From Octopus vulgaris (lineage: Eukaryota), in NCBI GenBank assembly GCA_951406725.2, contig OX597833.1, positions 4,278,001 through 4,342,000 of the forward strand: a stretch of 64,000 bases of DNA, in the 5' to 3' direction. The notes below the pieces were generated by a model. The model did not search any database. It was not told the DNA's origin and worked only from the letters and a program-made list of their open reading frames with translations. Positions 41,735-54,852 of this stretch are shown here, piece after piece. Within the stretch, counting starts at the first letter, position 1, and every line of letters starts with the position of its first letter. A program made the position numbers and the translations under genes.

Positions 41735-42100
41735 TCACAGAAAACACAGTGAGTTGGTTGGATTCTGTGTAAAGAATGGATGGGAGGCAATGTGCCTTCC
41801 TCCAGAGATTGGCGTTTGGAGATTGATTGGAACCAGTGGTCACTCAATGCTCAAGATTCTTGGATTAGGTGTGAAGGTGGGAAATGATGTTGCCAGAAAA
41901 TTCTTGGAAGATTCTCAGAAAGCAAGTCATTACATCTGGGTTGAGAGAGGAGATGAGTGATGCAGCAAGAATGAGCATGGGAGACAGGATAGAAACATCT
42001 GGCCCAGGATCTCAACATCATGTAGTTTGTTGGGTTGCCCTGGGTATCTCTGGTTTCGCAGTGGAAGGGACTGAAACACCTACAGACCTCATCAGGGGAC
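41735..42100 (+). mobile_element. Fossil 3' end of an RLE-endonuclease non-LTR element (HERO/R2-like) in the intron after Ig2
   Basis: Reads ELVGFCVKNGWEAMCLPPEIGVWR..LKILGL..KASHYIWVER, resembling the GW..P.EVG.RG..AS.WIW C-terminus. Copies at about 1705-2110, 24000-24410 and 24840-25250. Confidence 0.5.
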
Positions 42101-43222
42101 AGCACATAAGTGTTTACCCTAAATGTTAATCTTTTACTGGTTTCAGTCACTGGATTGTGCCCATGCTGGGGCTTTGTCCCCAACATTTGTTTCCACAATC
42201 ATTCCAAGTGCAGGATGTATTTTGTCAACTCCTCCTGAACGACTGCTAAGTCAAGCCTTTGATGCTTGACCAGTTTATTTTCTTCACTGCTAATACTAGA
42301 CAGGGGCCGGGGATATCAATGTGCATGCACACAATTATATAATTAAGGGTGCGAAACTGAGTTATACCATTTGGTTGATAACTGATGAAGAATTAGGGAC
42401 CTTCTGCGTCTGTCTTCCGTCTGTTTGTGCACTTCATATACGTTATACATTTTCACTTGTTGTTTGTGTATTTACAATACGTTTCTTTCATTTATTAAAT
42501 AACGGAACACAATGCACCCTGTCTCTTATGAACAATAGATTATACATACATATATTCATACTTGCATATAATTATTCAATGTTTTCTTCATTTGATCAGA
42601 CAGCAGAGTGTAATGCAAGAGAAATTTAGTTGCTATTTCTAGCAGTGCTATTGACCCCACACATCTTTCATTCATTGTTTATATAGGGATTGGTGAAAAA
42701 GGCAGAGAAATTATTTCTCTCTCATCACTGGGCATCAAGCCCAAGAAAATCTGTCACCCAAAGAGTGTTAAACATATATATCATCATCATCGTCACCATC
42801 ATCATCGTTTAGCGTCCGCCGCTTTCCATGCAGGCATGGGTTGGATGGTGCAACTGGGGTCTGGGAAGCCAGAAGGCTGCACCAGGCCCAGTCTGATCTG
42901 GCAATGTTTCTTTGGCTGGATGCCCTTCCTAATGCCAACCACTCCATGAGTGTAGTTGGTGCTTTTTACGTTCCACGGGACAGGTGCCAGACGAGGCTGG
43001 CAAACGGACACGATCGGATGGTGCTTTTTACGTGCCACCAGCACAGAGGCCAGGCGAGTCTGGCAATAGCCACGATCGGACGGTGCTTTTAACGTGCCAC
43101 CGGCATGGACGCCAGTCGGGGGTGGGGCTGGCAACGGCCACGTTCGGATGGTTCTCTTATGTGCCACTGGCACTGGTATCGCAGCTACAATTTCCATTCA
43201 TGTTGATCGATTTTGATCTTTT

Positions 43223-43269
<47 letters not shown>

Positions 43270-43577
43270 CTTATTTTAGGTGCAGGCATGTGGGTAACAA
43301 GTTCTCTTCCAAACCATGTGGTTTTAGGTTCAACCTCACTGCACAGCACATTGTGTGCCTTCTGCAATGGCCTTTGACTGTGGGAAGTTAAGAAGGGATG
43401 AGAATAAGGGGGAATGTGTCTGTATATAGACGTTTTTTGAAGGGGTTATTTGGGCTGTGTGAGTGAGAGGGAGAGAGTGAGAAAGGGAGTGAGAGAAAAG
43501 TGCCACATTTTACAACCAAGTGTTGCCACATAAAAGGGTTTCATTAAATTCTCTTTTGATCATCTGTTTTCTTTCAG

Positions 43578-43847
43578 ATCCCGTTGATGCCATCAGAATA
43601 ATTCCAGATGTCACAGAATGGAGACTGGTTCGTGGCACCAAAACAACATTTGAGTGTGTAGCACTCGGCAACCCTGACCCCTCAACCATGTGGGAGTTCT
43701 TCCCAGAGACACCTCAAAATAGCAGGATATCTTGGGGTAGAACTATGGAACTGGACTCTGACACAAATGGGGTCTATGTGTGTACGGCTAACAACACGGT
43801 TGGCGGAATCTCTTATAACTTGACCAAGACTTTGACTGTTACTCTCT
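43578..43847 (+). CDS. IgSF receptor paralogue C, Ig domain 3 exon
   Basis: 270 nt, phase 1-1, intact t|gtaagt donor; [22 protein letters not shown]. Confidence 0.85.
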
Positions 43848-43870
43848 GTAAGTCAGCCATCACTGTTTCC

Positions 43871-43914
<44 letters not shown>

Positions 43915-44188
43915 ACTCTCTGAATTCTTCCTTTCCTTTTTTTTTATCTTTCCTCCCATATTTTAACTTCAATTATTCTTTCCACCCTTATCATTTCCCT
44001 GCCTGTACCTGCAAACATCACAACTCTAAAATGCACCCACTACACTCTCGGAGTGGTTGGCGTTAGGAAGGGCATCAAGCTGTAGAAACTCTGCCAGATC
44101 AAGATTGGAGCCTGGTGCAGCCATCTGACTCGCCAGCCCTCAGTCAAAATCGTCCAATCCATGCTAGCAAGGAAAGCGAACATTAAAC

Positions 44189-44224
<36 letters not shown>

Positions 44225-44655
44225 ATATATGAAAAAATAGAATTATTTCTCAGTCTCTCAGAGTCAGATATTCAGTAACAATTCTTTAAAAAAACCAGCT
44301 AATTGCCAACATAATGTGGCTGTAGAGGAAGGGACATTGTTGCTGTTCGTTAGCCCCAAGAAGCACCGTTTCCATCTGGCTATACGACACGCTACTTGTG
44401 TCCTTATTCTTTCAAACAGGGAATTCAGCATCCCCTCCTTGCACAAAACAATACTGACAAGTTTCAGGGTTATTGCTCTTTATCAACACAGAATAGCTTT
44501 TTGGCTAGGTGGCGCTGCTGAATTCATGGCTCAAATATACAGATTTCAATGTGACACACAGCCACTGATCCAGAAATAGAAATACTATTATTGTTAAAAC
44601 TCTCAGAGGGAGACATTCAGTAAGAGATCTTTAAATTAATAGCTAATTACCAACA

Positions 44656-44688
<33 letters not shown>

Positions 44689-44849
44689 GTATGTATATAT
44701 ATATATGTGTGTGTGTATATATATATATATGTATGTATATATATATATACTACTACTATAGGATGTTTTTCTCTACAGAAAAAAAATTCCATCAAGAAAT
44801 GTGGCAGCATATTAAAATATTTTTCTTGATGGAATTTTTCTATGTAAAG

Positions 44850-44940
<91 letters not shown>

Positions 44941-46326
44941 TACACACGTTTTATATGTGCATATATGTATGTATATTTTATATACATAGTATATATCTAT
45001 TTACATATACATACATATGCATATGTACATACATACACACACACATATATATATATATACATACATGCATGTATATGTAGGAAGGATTGTTATAGCTAAA
45101 TAACAATAAAAGGAACAGAGCAGAGTTATGTCCCCCTTATTCTGTCATTGGTGGTTGCCACTTTGATTGTCTTGCACTCTCAGCAGTCCTTGCCACATTG
45201 CATTTCTGCTAGAAAGATATCTAAACACAAGACGGACATTTAGTCTCTCTTCTTATTCTGCGTGATTCTCACTGGACTTTTATATAAAAACTAGCAGTAT
45301 TGCTCGGGTTTGTAAGGGAAATAACTATAGAAGCATTTTTAGAGAGTTATAGCCAAAAATATAGCAAAAAAATGCACTAAAAATGGAAAAAAATAATGTA
45401 AATTTTTTTTTCATCGTTGACTCATCGTAGACATTTTAGAGAGTTACTTCCCTTATATAATAGCGAAAAAATGCATTAAAATGGAAAAAAACGATGGTAA
45501 TTTTATCTTTAAATCGTAGACGCATCGTAGACGCGCACTAATACCCAGAAGGGCTCGATATGAATCACGACTATAAGATACCCGGTTTTGGTTAAACTGC
45601 ACCGCAAAATGTGGGAGTAGTTAGGAATCTAAATCGTAGGAGACAGACACTCACACAACTTGACTTTTATATATGAAGATGTGGCTATTAATTGGTGAAA
45701 GAAAAGAAATAGAAAGAGAGGTGGATAGAGAGAGGGGGTGGGGAGGATTTTAAGGATTGGCTCTAGGATAAAGTAAGGTGCATATGTGTAAGGTGTCTAA
45801 GAATTGTGTATGGAGTAGCTGAGAAGAAGAGAGAGAGAGGATAAGGAGGCAGAAGAGGAAAGGGTAGAAAAATTAGGTGAAAGGAAATGAAAGGAATTTA
45901 AAGAGAGAAGCAGATGTCTGGTAGTGTGATAGCCTAAAGTTTTTGGGGAGGAGATTTGGTAGTAATTGTTGGAGTCTGTCCTGGTTAAGGTCAGTGGCTT
46001 TGGAGTTAATGGAATTATGATATAAACAGTTATAATCAGAATATTAATTAATTATTGATACCAGAGGGAAAAAGACAAAAGTATATTAAAGATTAAAGAT
46101 TAAAGTAAAATTATCATTAGGAGTAGGTTAACGAAATATATTTAAAATACAGCAAAGAACAGGAATTGAGGTATGAGTGCAACAGATCATAGAGGATATA
46201 TTTTATAATTAGGGGGATTTGAAAATTAAGGACTCGTTAGGAAAAACATAGTATATCTATATTAACCATTGTATGATGGATTCACCACTGGGATTGGGTA
46301 GGTATATATTATGATTAATGTGGAGA

Positions 46327-46700
46327 TGCAATGGCCCAGTGGTTAGGGCAGCGGACTCGTGGTTGTAGGATCGCGGTTTCGATTCCCAGACCGGGCGTTG
46401 TGAGTGTTTATTGAGTGAAAACACCTAAAGCTCCACGAGGCTCTGGCAGGGGATGGTGGTGATCCCTGCTGTACTCTTTCACCCCAACTTTCTCTCACTC
46501 TTACTTCCTGTTTCTGTTGTACCTGTATTTCAAAGGGCTGGCCTTGTCACTCTCTGTGTCACGCTGAATATCCCCGAGAACTACGTTAAGGGTACACATG
46601 TCTGTGGAGTGCTCAGCCACTTACACGTTAATTTCACGAGCAGGCTGTTCCGTTGGTCGGATCAACCGGAACCCTCGTCGTCGTAACCGACAGAGTGCTT
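46327..46700 (+). mobile_element. tRNA-derived SINE, near full length
   Basis: A box tggcccagtgg and B box ggtttcgattcc; other copies on the minus strand at about 1-225, 2575-2950 and 39925-40285. Confidence 0.75.
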
Positions 46701-47240
46701 CCACACACATTATGATTAATAACCCATTTCACCCATTTGATCCGTCCAATAATTCTTAGATGATGAAAGAACATTCCTGCACACAAAACTGCTAAGTGCA
46801 AATTCTAAAATTAAAAAATTGATACACAGATAAAGGTAGGCTACTTTTTAGGCAATTTTTTAAATTGTCATTTCCCTTGCAATCGATTTGATCATTAGCA
46901 GGAAGTGACATTCAGAATAGATTGTTGACATTATGTAAGAACATTCCCACACACTCGTATTTATAAATATATATAAATTCATACTAACCTATCCAACGTG
47001 TGACACATTCAAGCATTTTCTGGATGCATGTCTATTTCTGTCCAATCATTTACTGTCATTTTTACAGCCTTTCAGTGTAAATTATTCTATGAAGTTATTA
47101 GCTCTTACAAATATGCTTTGCAAATTGTCTGATGTCTTGAACATGTGCTAAGCAGATCTCATCCATATCTCCGCAGCTTTCGTTTACCTGTGTGCTATTG
47201 TTTTACATCGGCAGATAGATATTAGGTTTTCTATATATAC

Positions 47241-47303
47241 GTCTAGTGGTTAGGATTCCTGGCGTTCACCCAGGCGGCCCGGGTTCGATTCCCGGCATAG
47301 GAA
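47241..47303 (+). pseudogene. tRNA-Glu(TTC) pseudogene, 5' acceptor strand missing
   Basis: gtctagtggttaggatt-cctgg cgTTCac ccagg-cggcccgggttcgattcccggcataggaa; no complementary 5' acceptor strand, and U33 is replaced by G. Confidence 0.75.
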
Positions 47304-48638
47304 CGCATGTTTGTTGGCGTTAAGAAGGGCATCCAGCTGTAGAAACACTGCCAGATCAGACTGGGCCTGGTGCAGCCTTCTGGCTTCCCAGACCCCAGTT
47401 GAACCGTCCAATCCATGCCAGCATGGAAAGCGGACGTTAAATGATGATGATGATGATGATGACGTCAGACGAGCAAGTTGAATTCTTTTCCATGCTGGCT
47501 TGTTTTGAAGTTACAGAGATTTCTAATACTCAACATCTTAAAGGAACTTTCCAAGAATGAAATATCACAGCCAAAAACCATTTTAACAAAACATGGGCCT
47601 TAAGTAATTTAGAGATGTTTCTAGCTCTAAAATTTAATTCTTATTGTGATTGAAGATCAATGATCCTGTGTTGGGATGACATCTATAGCTAACTTTAACA
47701 ATATTTCTATCAAAGGTCTTGTTATACTTAGGTATGTGGGAATTGAATGTGAGCATTTCCAGTTATATTTGTAGCCATCTTCATGCTGTATGGAGAATTA
47801 TATTTTAAAATTTTCTTACATCAACAACTTTTTTTTCCTTCTTTTTGGCCAGCCGAAGTTTCATTTGCTATAGGTTACATTGGAAGGTGGCAAGCTGGCA
47901 GAAACAGTAGCACACTGGGTGAAATGCTTAGAGGTATTTTGTCTGCCGTTATGTTCTGAGTTCAAATTCCGCCAAGGTTGACTTTGCCTTTCATCCTTTC
48001 GGGGTCAATAAATTAATACCATTTACGCATATAGACATATTTTACTCAGTGTTTTTACACATTTTTTCCTGTATTTTTGCCCTTAGCCCTGTTTCTTCTT
48101 GTGTTACACGTATGTATAATTCTTTTTGTGCATGCGTGTGTGTGTGCATATATAGACATGTGCGGGTATATACGTATATGGGCGTGTGTGCGTGCATAAG
48201 GGTATGTGCATATGTATACGTGGTTTACTCTTTGTATACTCCCTTATGCCGTTTTTCTGTATTGTTACCCTTAACCCCGTCTTTTCTTGTGCTTGTGCAT
48301 ATGAAGACATGTGTATGACCCTTTTCAGTGCATGTGTGTGTGGGGGAGGGTTGTATGTATATGCATATACATTTGGCGAAGGTTGCGAGGGAGGATGTGT
48401 ACGTTTTCAAGCGAGAGTGGATGAATGTATAGTTTTAGGCGCATGCAGGTGGGTGTCCGGGTGCACATGTGTAGGTATGAACAGGCACACTTACACGAAT
48501 ACTATGAACTTTTACCCCCTTACTTTACTCCCTTACTTAGCGGTCATTCGCATAACACTTTTGTCTTAATAACGGTCAATCACACAGTAATTTCCCTTTG
48601 TATAACGGTCATTTTTCATAGCATTTTTCCAATGGCTG

Positions 48639-48699
48639 GATAACTGAAGAGATGGTGGCGTGGATTTCCACCTCGGCATCCGAAACTCGGAGTTTTATC
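48639..48699 (+). ncRNA. Type I hammerhead-like motif
   Basis: gataa-CTGAAGA-gatg../..catc c-GAAA-ctcggag-TT-ttatc; 5-bp stem I, one extra nucleotide at the base of stem II. Confidence 0.55.
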
Positions 48700-48734
48700 A
48701 TGGCTACAAAATAATTGTCACATATCACATTTAC

Positions 48735-48801
<67 letters not shown>

Positions 48802-48934
48802 GCACACACATACAGTTCACTAGTCTACAAGGAAGAGAGATCACTCACAAGGGGCAGGAATATTAACAACACTTTTACCAGTGACTGGGGAGTCGATATC
48901 ATATTCTTAACATGCTTTCCCTTGTTTTGTCTGT

Positions 48935-48967
<33 letters not shown>

Positions 48968-49273
48968 GTTTAACGTCCGTTTTCCGCTCTAGCACGGGTT
49001 GGATGGTTCGACCGGGGTCTGGGAAGCCAGGAGGCTGCACCAGGCTCCAGTCTGATCTGGCAGTGCTTCTACAGCTGGATGCCCTTCCTAACGCCAACCA
49101 CTCCGCGAGTGTAGTGGGTGCTTTTTACGTGCCACCAGCACAATTGCCAGGGGAGTCTGGCATCGGCCACGCTCGGTTGGTATTTTTAACGTGCCAACGG
49201 CATGGAAGCCAGTCGAGGTGGCGCTGGCATCGGCCACGTTTGGATGGTTAAAAATTTTATTTATTACTTCCAG

Positions 49274-49387
49274 ATGATCCCCAAACAAAGCCAATGTCAT
49301 CAACAATAACTGAAGATCCTTCAACACGCAAACCAAATCCCAGTGCCACAACGAAGAAAACTGTTGCTATTGCTGCTTCTAATACAG
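49274..49387 (+). CDS. IgSF receptor paralogue C, Ser/Thr/Pro-rich stalk exon
   Basis: cttccag acceptor, cag|gtaaat donor; 114 nt, phase 1-1. Reads YDPQTKPMSSTITEDPSTRKPNPSATTKKTVAIAASNT. Confidence 0.7.
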
Positions 49388-49564
49388 GTAAATGGATTTC
49401 CTGCCACTCCTCCTTGTTACGTTGTTTTTGCTTTTGCTCTTGTTTAGCCCCAGGTCAGTCATGCTCAACAAAAAAATTTGTTATTGAGACATACTACAAC
49501 TAGGAGTACATTATCTAATGTGCTTTGTATCTATGTAAATATATACATATACACACACACACAC

Positions 49565-49597
<33 letters not shown>

Positions 49598-49790
49598 TAT
49601 ATATACACGTATCTTTATCTCAACATGCAATCTCCTCATTCTACATTGAGTGAAAAATGGGATGGACCCTTTGGTTTTGTTTTGGTGTCTCGCTCTGTCG
49701 TACACAACTATGAGGATTTGCATCCCCAACGTAAATCGTCTTTTTCCCAAACTTATATTGTAATACATGTCCTTGGAGTAGTAATTGTGC

Positions 49791-49878
49791 GTGGCTGAAG
49801 AAGGCTATAGACATACAAATTACATCAATTATGCATTGATATAAACCGTCTAATAAAAGCCAGAAACATATGTACCAC
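49791..49878 (+). ncRNA. Type I hammerhead ribozyme (Penelope-like, minimal stem III)
   Basis: gtgg-CTGAAGA-[ggct..tagac/gtcta..agcc]-GAAA-catatg-TA-ccac; all core nucleotides present, GUA site, palindromic stem III. Confidence 0.7.
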
Positions 49879-50347
49879 TAAATCCTTTGCATCATGTTTT
49901 TCTTTTGATAAATATATATATACACATATACATACACACACACATATATACACATAACTACAATAAACAGTATGAATAAATTGTATTACGTTATTTATTT
50001 GTTCCGAGCTGAATTATATAACCAAACCCTTTCATCAGGCATTTTGAACAGTTCACAGATAAGATTGATCTCACACACACATATCAGTACATGTATGAGT
50101 ATGTATATATATATATGTATTCATGTATATCTGTGTGTGTGATGTACATGTGAGTATACATACATAAATACATACATACATACATACATACATACATACA
50201 TACATACATACATACATACATGCATATATATATATATTTAACGGCGGTGCATCAGCATGGCCGCAGCTCTGAACTGAAATTAGAGAAAAAAAATATATGT
50301 GTATATATATATATATATATATTATATATTTTATATATGTATGTATG

Positions 50348-50386
<39 letters not shown>

Positions 50387-50821
50387 GTTCAGTTAAAGGT
50401 TAAATACCTCATGAAGAGATAAAAAATCGAATGAATTTACTGGTATATCACCTATTATAAATATTGAATATTATATTTAATCTTCAAGAACAAGGAAATT
50501 GGGTAAACTGAGGTTTGTAATTACTCAAGAAAAATAAAAAATGCAGAAGGATAAATTAATAATTATTTATTAATTACAAAAATTGACATAGTCTCTGACA
50601 GCTGTTTCGATTCAAAATTTTAGAAATTAATTAGAATCATGAAAAACATTATAACGTTGAATCTTATCGGATGTAGCAAGAAGGTATACTATTATATTTT
50701 TATAAAAATATTTTTGGATAAAATCATTGAAGCTTGTCTCTCATATTTACTTCTTTCATTTGTGTTTTTCCTTTTCTTTTTTTTTTCATTTCTAATGAAT
50801 TTCTTCTTTTCTTTTGATCAG

Positions 50822-50935
50822 AAACGGTGAATATTATGATTAAAAGTGTCATAGGAACGCTAACCATCCTCATCATTGTGATTGTCTTTTCCATCATTCT
50901 GTACAAATATAGAGCTACACGGGCAAAAATTCAAA
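50822..50935 (+). CDS. IgSF receptor paralogue C, transmembrane exon
   Basis: Long polypyrimidine tract plus cag, a|gttagt donor; 114 nt, phase 1-1. Reads ETVNIMIKSVIGTLTILIIVIVFSIILYKYRATRAKIQ (hydrophobic helix followed by basic residues). Confidence 0.75.
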
Positions 50936-51223
50936 GTTAGTTTATGTCCATTCAGATTTTTTATAAACCACCTTTAAATTACATGTCTATGTCCACCTTG
51001 CCTTTGGTTTTATTCCTTTTGTCTACCTGTAGGTAACATTTACCTTTCTTCCTTCTATATTTTTTACCTTTTACCAATTCTGTGAGTGAGTCAATGTTTG
51101 TGTGTGTGTTTGATTTGGTGTATGCGTGCGTGTGTGTCTGTTTTTGTGTGTACGTACTTTACAAAAAAGATTCTGTTCTCTTTAACCAATTCCATTAATT
51201 AAATCTCTCTTAGTCTCTTTCAG

Positions 51224-51245
51224 GACCTCGAAAAACTCCAGAAAA
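51224..51245 (+). CDS. IgSF receptor paralogue C, 22-nt juxtamembrane micro-exon
   Basis: ctctttcag acceptor and aa|gtaaga donor; phase 1-2, reads RPRKTPE. It bridges the phases of the TM and tail exons. Confidence 0.5.
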
Positions 51246-51284
51246 GTAAGATAAGATTTTGCTTAATTTTACATTGCTGTTGTT

Positions 51285-51596
51285 GGGGTGGGGCTACCAG
51301 GGGTGGAGCTACCTGGGGTGGTGCTACCAGGGGTGGTGCTACCAGGGGTGGTGCTACCAGGGGTGGTGCTACCAGGGGTGGTGCTACCAGGGGTGGGGCT
51401 ATCAGGGGTGGTGCTACATGGGGTGAGGCTACCAGGGGTGGTGCTACCAGGGGTGGGGCTACCAGGGGTGGGGCTACCAGGGGTGGGGCTACCTGGGTGG
51501 GGCTACCAGGGGTAGGCTACTAGGGGTGGGGCTACCAGGGGTGGGGCTACCAGGGGTGGTGCTACCAGGGGTGGGGCTACCAGGAGTGGTGCTACT
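51285..51596 (+). repeat. 15-bp G-rich minisatellite (ggggtggtgctacca)n, about 20 units
   Basis: Direct inspection. Confidence 0.9.
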
Positions 51597-52014
51597 GCAG
51601 ATTCATGTTTGTGTATGCATATATACACACACAAATGGTGTATGTCTGTGTGTGTGCCTATGTGTATATATGAATATACCTATGCCTTTTATGTTTTAGT
51701 TGTTTGAGTCATTTGACTGTGGCCATGCTGGGGCACCGCCTCAAATATATGAGTGTATGTATATTAATTTTAGTAAGAATAGCTTTGACAATGTATTGTG
51801 GAAGGATTCCGACCACCCTTAAGTGACCAGAGGTGGACTGACCCATTGCATACCAATGCAGTCCTCTCTCTTGCACAATACATCTGATGCCTTTTATGGC
51901 CAAATTCTCTCTCAAAATGCTTCCACTATGTCATACATGCACAGAGACCAATTCTCACATTTCCTGTTTGTGCTTTTACAAATTTGCGAGTTCTTTGATG
52001 CTTTGTGACAATCT

Positions 52015-52053
52015 TATAATAATAATGATGATAATAATAATAATAATAATAAT

Positions 52054-52103
<50 letters not shown>

Positions 52104-52700
52104 AATTATTGTATACAGTGCTCAGGTGCACCACAACTTGTCAGAGTATATGCAGTAATGTAGAAATGTCTGGAAAACGAACAATGTATGAGTCAGATAC
52201 ATGCTTGCGTGTATATGGAGGGGAGAAAATCAGGTGTCGTGTTGGCGAATCTCAGAAAGCATGGAAGTTTTGAAGGATGCAGTGCTCCGACAACTAACAA
52301 CTGATGCCGGCAGTTTGTTAAATGCTTCAGCAACTCTCAGCGCGAAAATTGCTTCCTAAAGTCATGGGAGCTGTGCTGTTTTCTGACTTTGTAAATATGT
52401 CCACAGGTGTTAGACAGGTGGAGTTTGAAAAGGTGCTCAGAGTTATTGTTTGTAAGATGTTTAATAATTTTATGGGTGTCTGCCAAGTCAGCTGCCAGAT
52501 GTAGGAGTTTCAATGTGTCCATGCCCAGGGAAGTAAGGCGTTCAGAATATGGCAAATGCCCGATGGAGGGTATTCTTTTGGTTGCACGTCACTGAACAAC
52601 TTCCAGACGATTGATATCCTGGGCAAGATAGGGGTTCCAGACCAGTGAATCAAATTCCAGGTAAGGTCTTACCATAGCTATATAAAGCCGCAGATATCTT
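52015..52700 (-). mobile_element. CR1/L2-type LINE 3' fragment with (TTA)n tail
   Basis: Homologous to 32260-32890; a degraded mirror lies at about 15760-16080. Confidence 0.8.
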
Positions 52701-52845
52701 CATGTACATATTTACAGAATGGTATTAACAAATGGTTAATGCATTTCATGGATGACAACTAAATATGGTTATGAATCAGAAAAGTACTTTTAAAATTTCA
52801 GAGTTAAAAAAATAAAAATGGGAAAAAGAATTCATGCTGGAATAT

Positions 52846-52899
<54 letters not shown>

Positions 52900-53019
52900 T
52901 GTACTTGTGTGTGTATTTGTGTGTATGCATTTATATATCTGTATCATAAGTGCATATACAAATATATATACATCAATATGTGTATATACATATATACATT
53001 TTTGTAAAGATATATATAT

Positions 53020-53162
<143 letters not shown>

Positions 53163-53163
53163 C

Positions 53164-53209
<46 letters not shown>

Positions 53210-53260
53210 TTATGTCTATCACTGTTTGAGTTGCATAATAGTGGTTTTATCTGTAATTTA

Positions 53261-53302
<42 letters not shown>

Positions 53303-54376
53303 AAGGTATGTGTAATCTGGTATTTATGTTTTCTCTAGCAACCAGAGACAAGAGAATGCGATGAACAGAAGACTTATCCATTTGCAAGGGACTCCAAAGA
53401 ATATACAGATGTACAACAATGTGGGTAAACTCATGTCCCTTCTTTCTGCTAAACACTCACACATACACCTGCACAAATGCATACATACACCCATATACAC
53501 ATACGTACACACAGACAATGACCCCTCTTCCTTGCTCTGATATCATCATCATCATCATCATCATCGTTTAGCATCCGCTTTCCATGCTGGCATGGGTTGG
53601 ACGGTTCAACTGGGGTCTGGGAAGACAGAAGGCTGCACCAGGCCCAGTCTGATTTGGCAGTGTTTCTACAGCTGGATGCCCTTCCTAACACCAACCACTC
53701 CGAGAGTGTAGTGGGTGCTTTTCACGTGCCACCGGCACAGGTGCCAGACGAGGCTGGTAAACGGCCACAATCGGATGGTGCTTTTTACGTGCCACTGGCA
53801 CGAGGCCAGTCAGGCGGCGCTGGCAACGGCCACGTTCGGATGGTTCTCTTACGTGCCACCGGCACTGGTATCACAGCTCCAATTTCCATTGATGTTGATC
53901 GATTTCGATAGGTAGAATGGAATTAGTTGAGGAAGATTTCTCTAGGTTGATGCCATTCCTGTCTTTAATCCAAGGTTACATTCTGCATGGCCAGACATAT
54001 CTTTTATGGACATTTTGAACCCAGTGGCATCCCTTGTAAGCAGATGATGCTTATTTACAAACATTAGGTTATCTCAGGATAAGGTGACAGTCACACACAC
54101 ACACATGCATATGTGAGTGTGAGTGTGTGTGTGTGTTCCTGTATATACATATATACCAATACACACACACGGATATATATATATATATATAATAAATATT
54201 AGGGAATAAATCCAAATTTACAGGGAAAAATCAGATTTAGGATTGAATCCAATTTTATAGTAAAATATTATATAATATTAATTAGAGACAAAACCACTAT
54301 TTTGCAAATCAAACAAAGAAAGACTTAATCCAATACGTAAAAAAATTTTAATATAAAGTAAATAAAATTAAATTCG

Positions 54377-54422
54377 CCACTACAATTGTTTCATGCCTCT
54401 TCAAAGGACATTCATCAGGTGG
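54377..54422 (-). ncRNA. Type I minimal hammerhead ribozyme
   Basis: ccac-CTGATGA-atgtcct ttgaag aggcat-GAAA-caattg-TA-gtgg; the mirror copy at 12123-12169 (+) has a damaged stem II base. Confidence 0.7.
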
Positions 54423-54758
54423 ATTTCAGATCTTCTATGTATATATACATACTTACACCTATACATATACTCTTTTACTTGTTTCAGTCATTTGACTGCG
54501 GCCATGCTGGAGCACTGCCTTTAATCGATCAGTGATAAGACCCAAGGACTTATTCTTTGTAAAACCAGTACTTATTCTATCGGTCTCTTTTTGCCGAACC
54601 GCTAAGTGACGGGGACATATACACACCAGCATCGGTTGTCAAGCAATGCTAGGGGGACAAACACAGACACACAAACATACACACACACACACATATATAT
54701 ATATACATATATACAACGGGCTTCTTTCAGTTTCCGTCTACCAAATCCACTCACAAGG

Positions 54759-54792
<34 letters not shown>

Positions 54793-54799
54793 TCATCAT

Positions 54800-54852
<53 letters not shown>

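Noticed and set aside
47241-47303. Functional tRNA-Glu gene
   Set aside because: The 5' acceptor strand is absent and U33 is altered; kept only as a pseudogene.
51033-51081. Possible extra exon (tag|gtaac..ct|gtgagt)
   Set aside because: It is a low-complexity pyrimidine-rich stretch, and including it would break phase with the downstream tail exon.
51288-51515. Elastin-like (VVLPG)n ORF
   Set aside because: Translation of a 15-bp minisatellite with a frameshift and no supporting splice sites.
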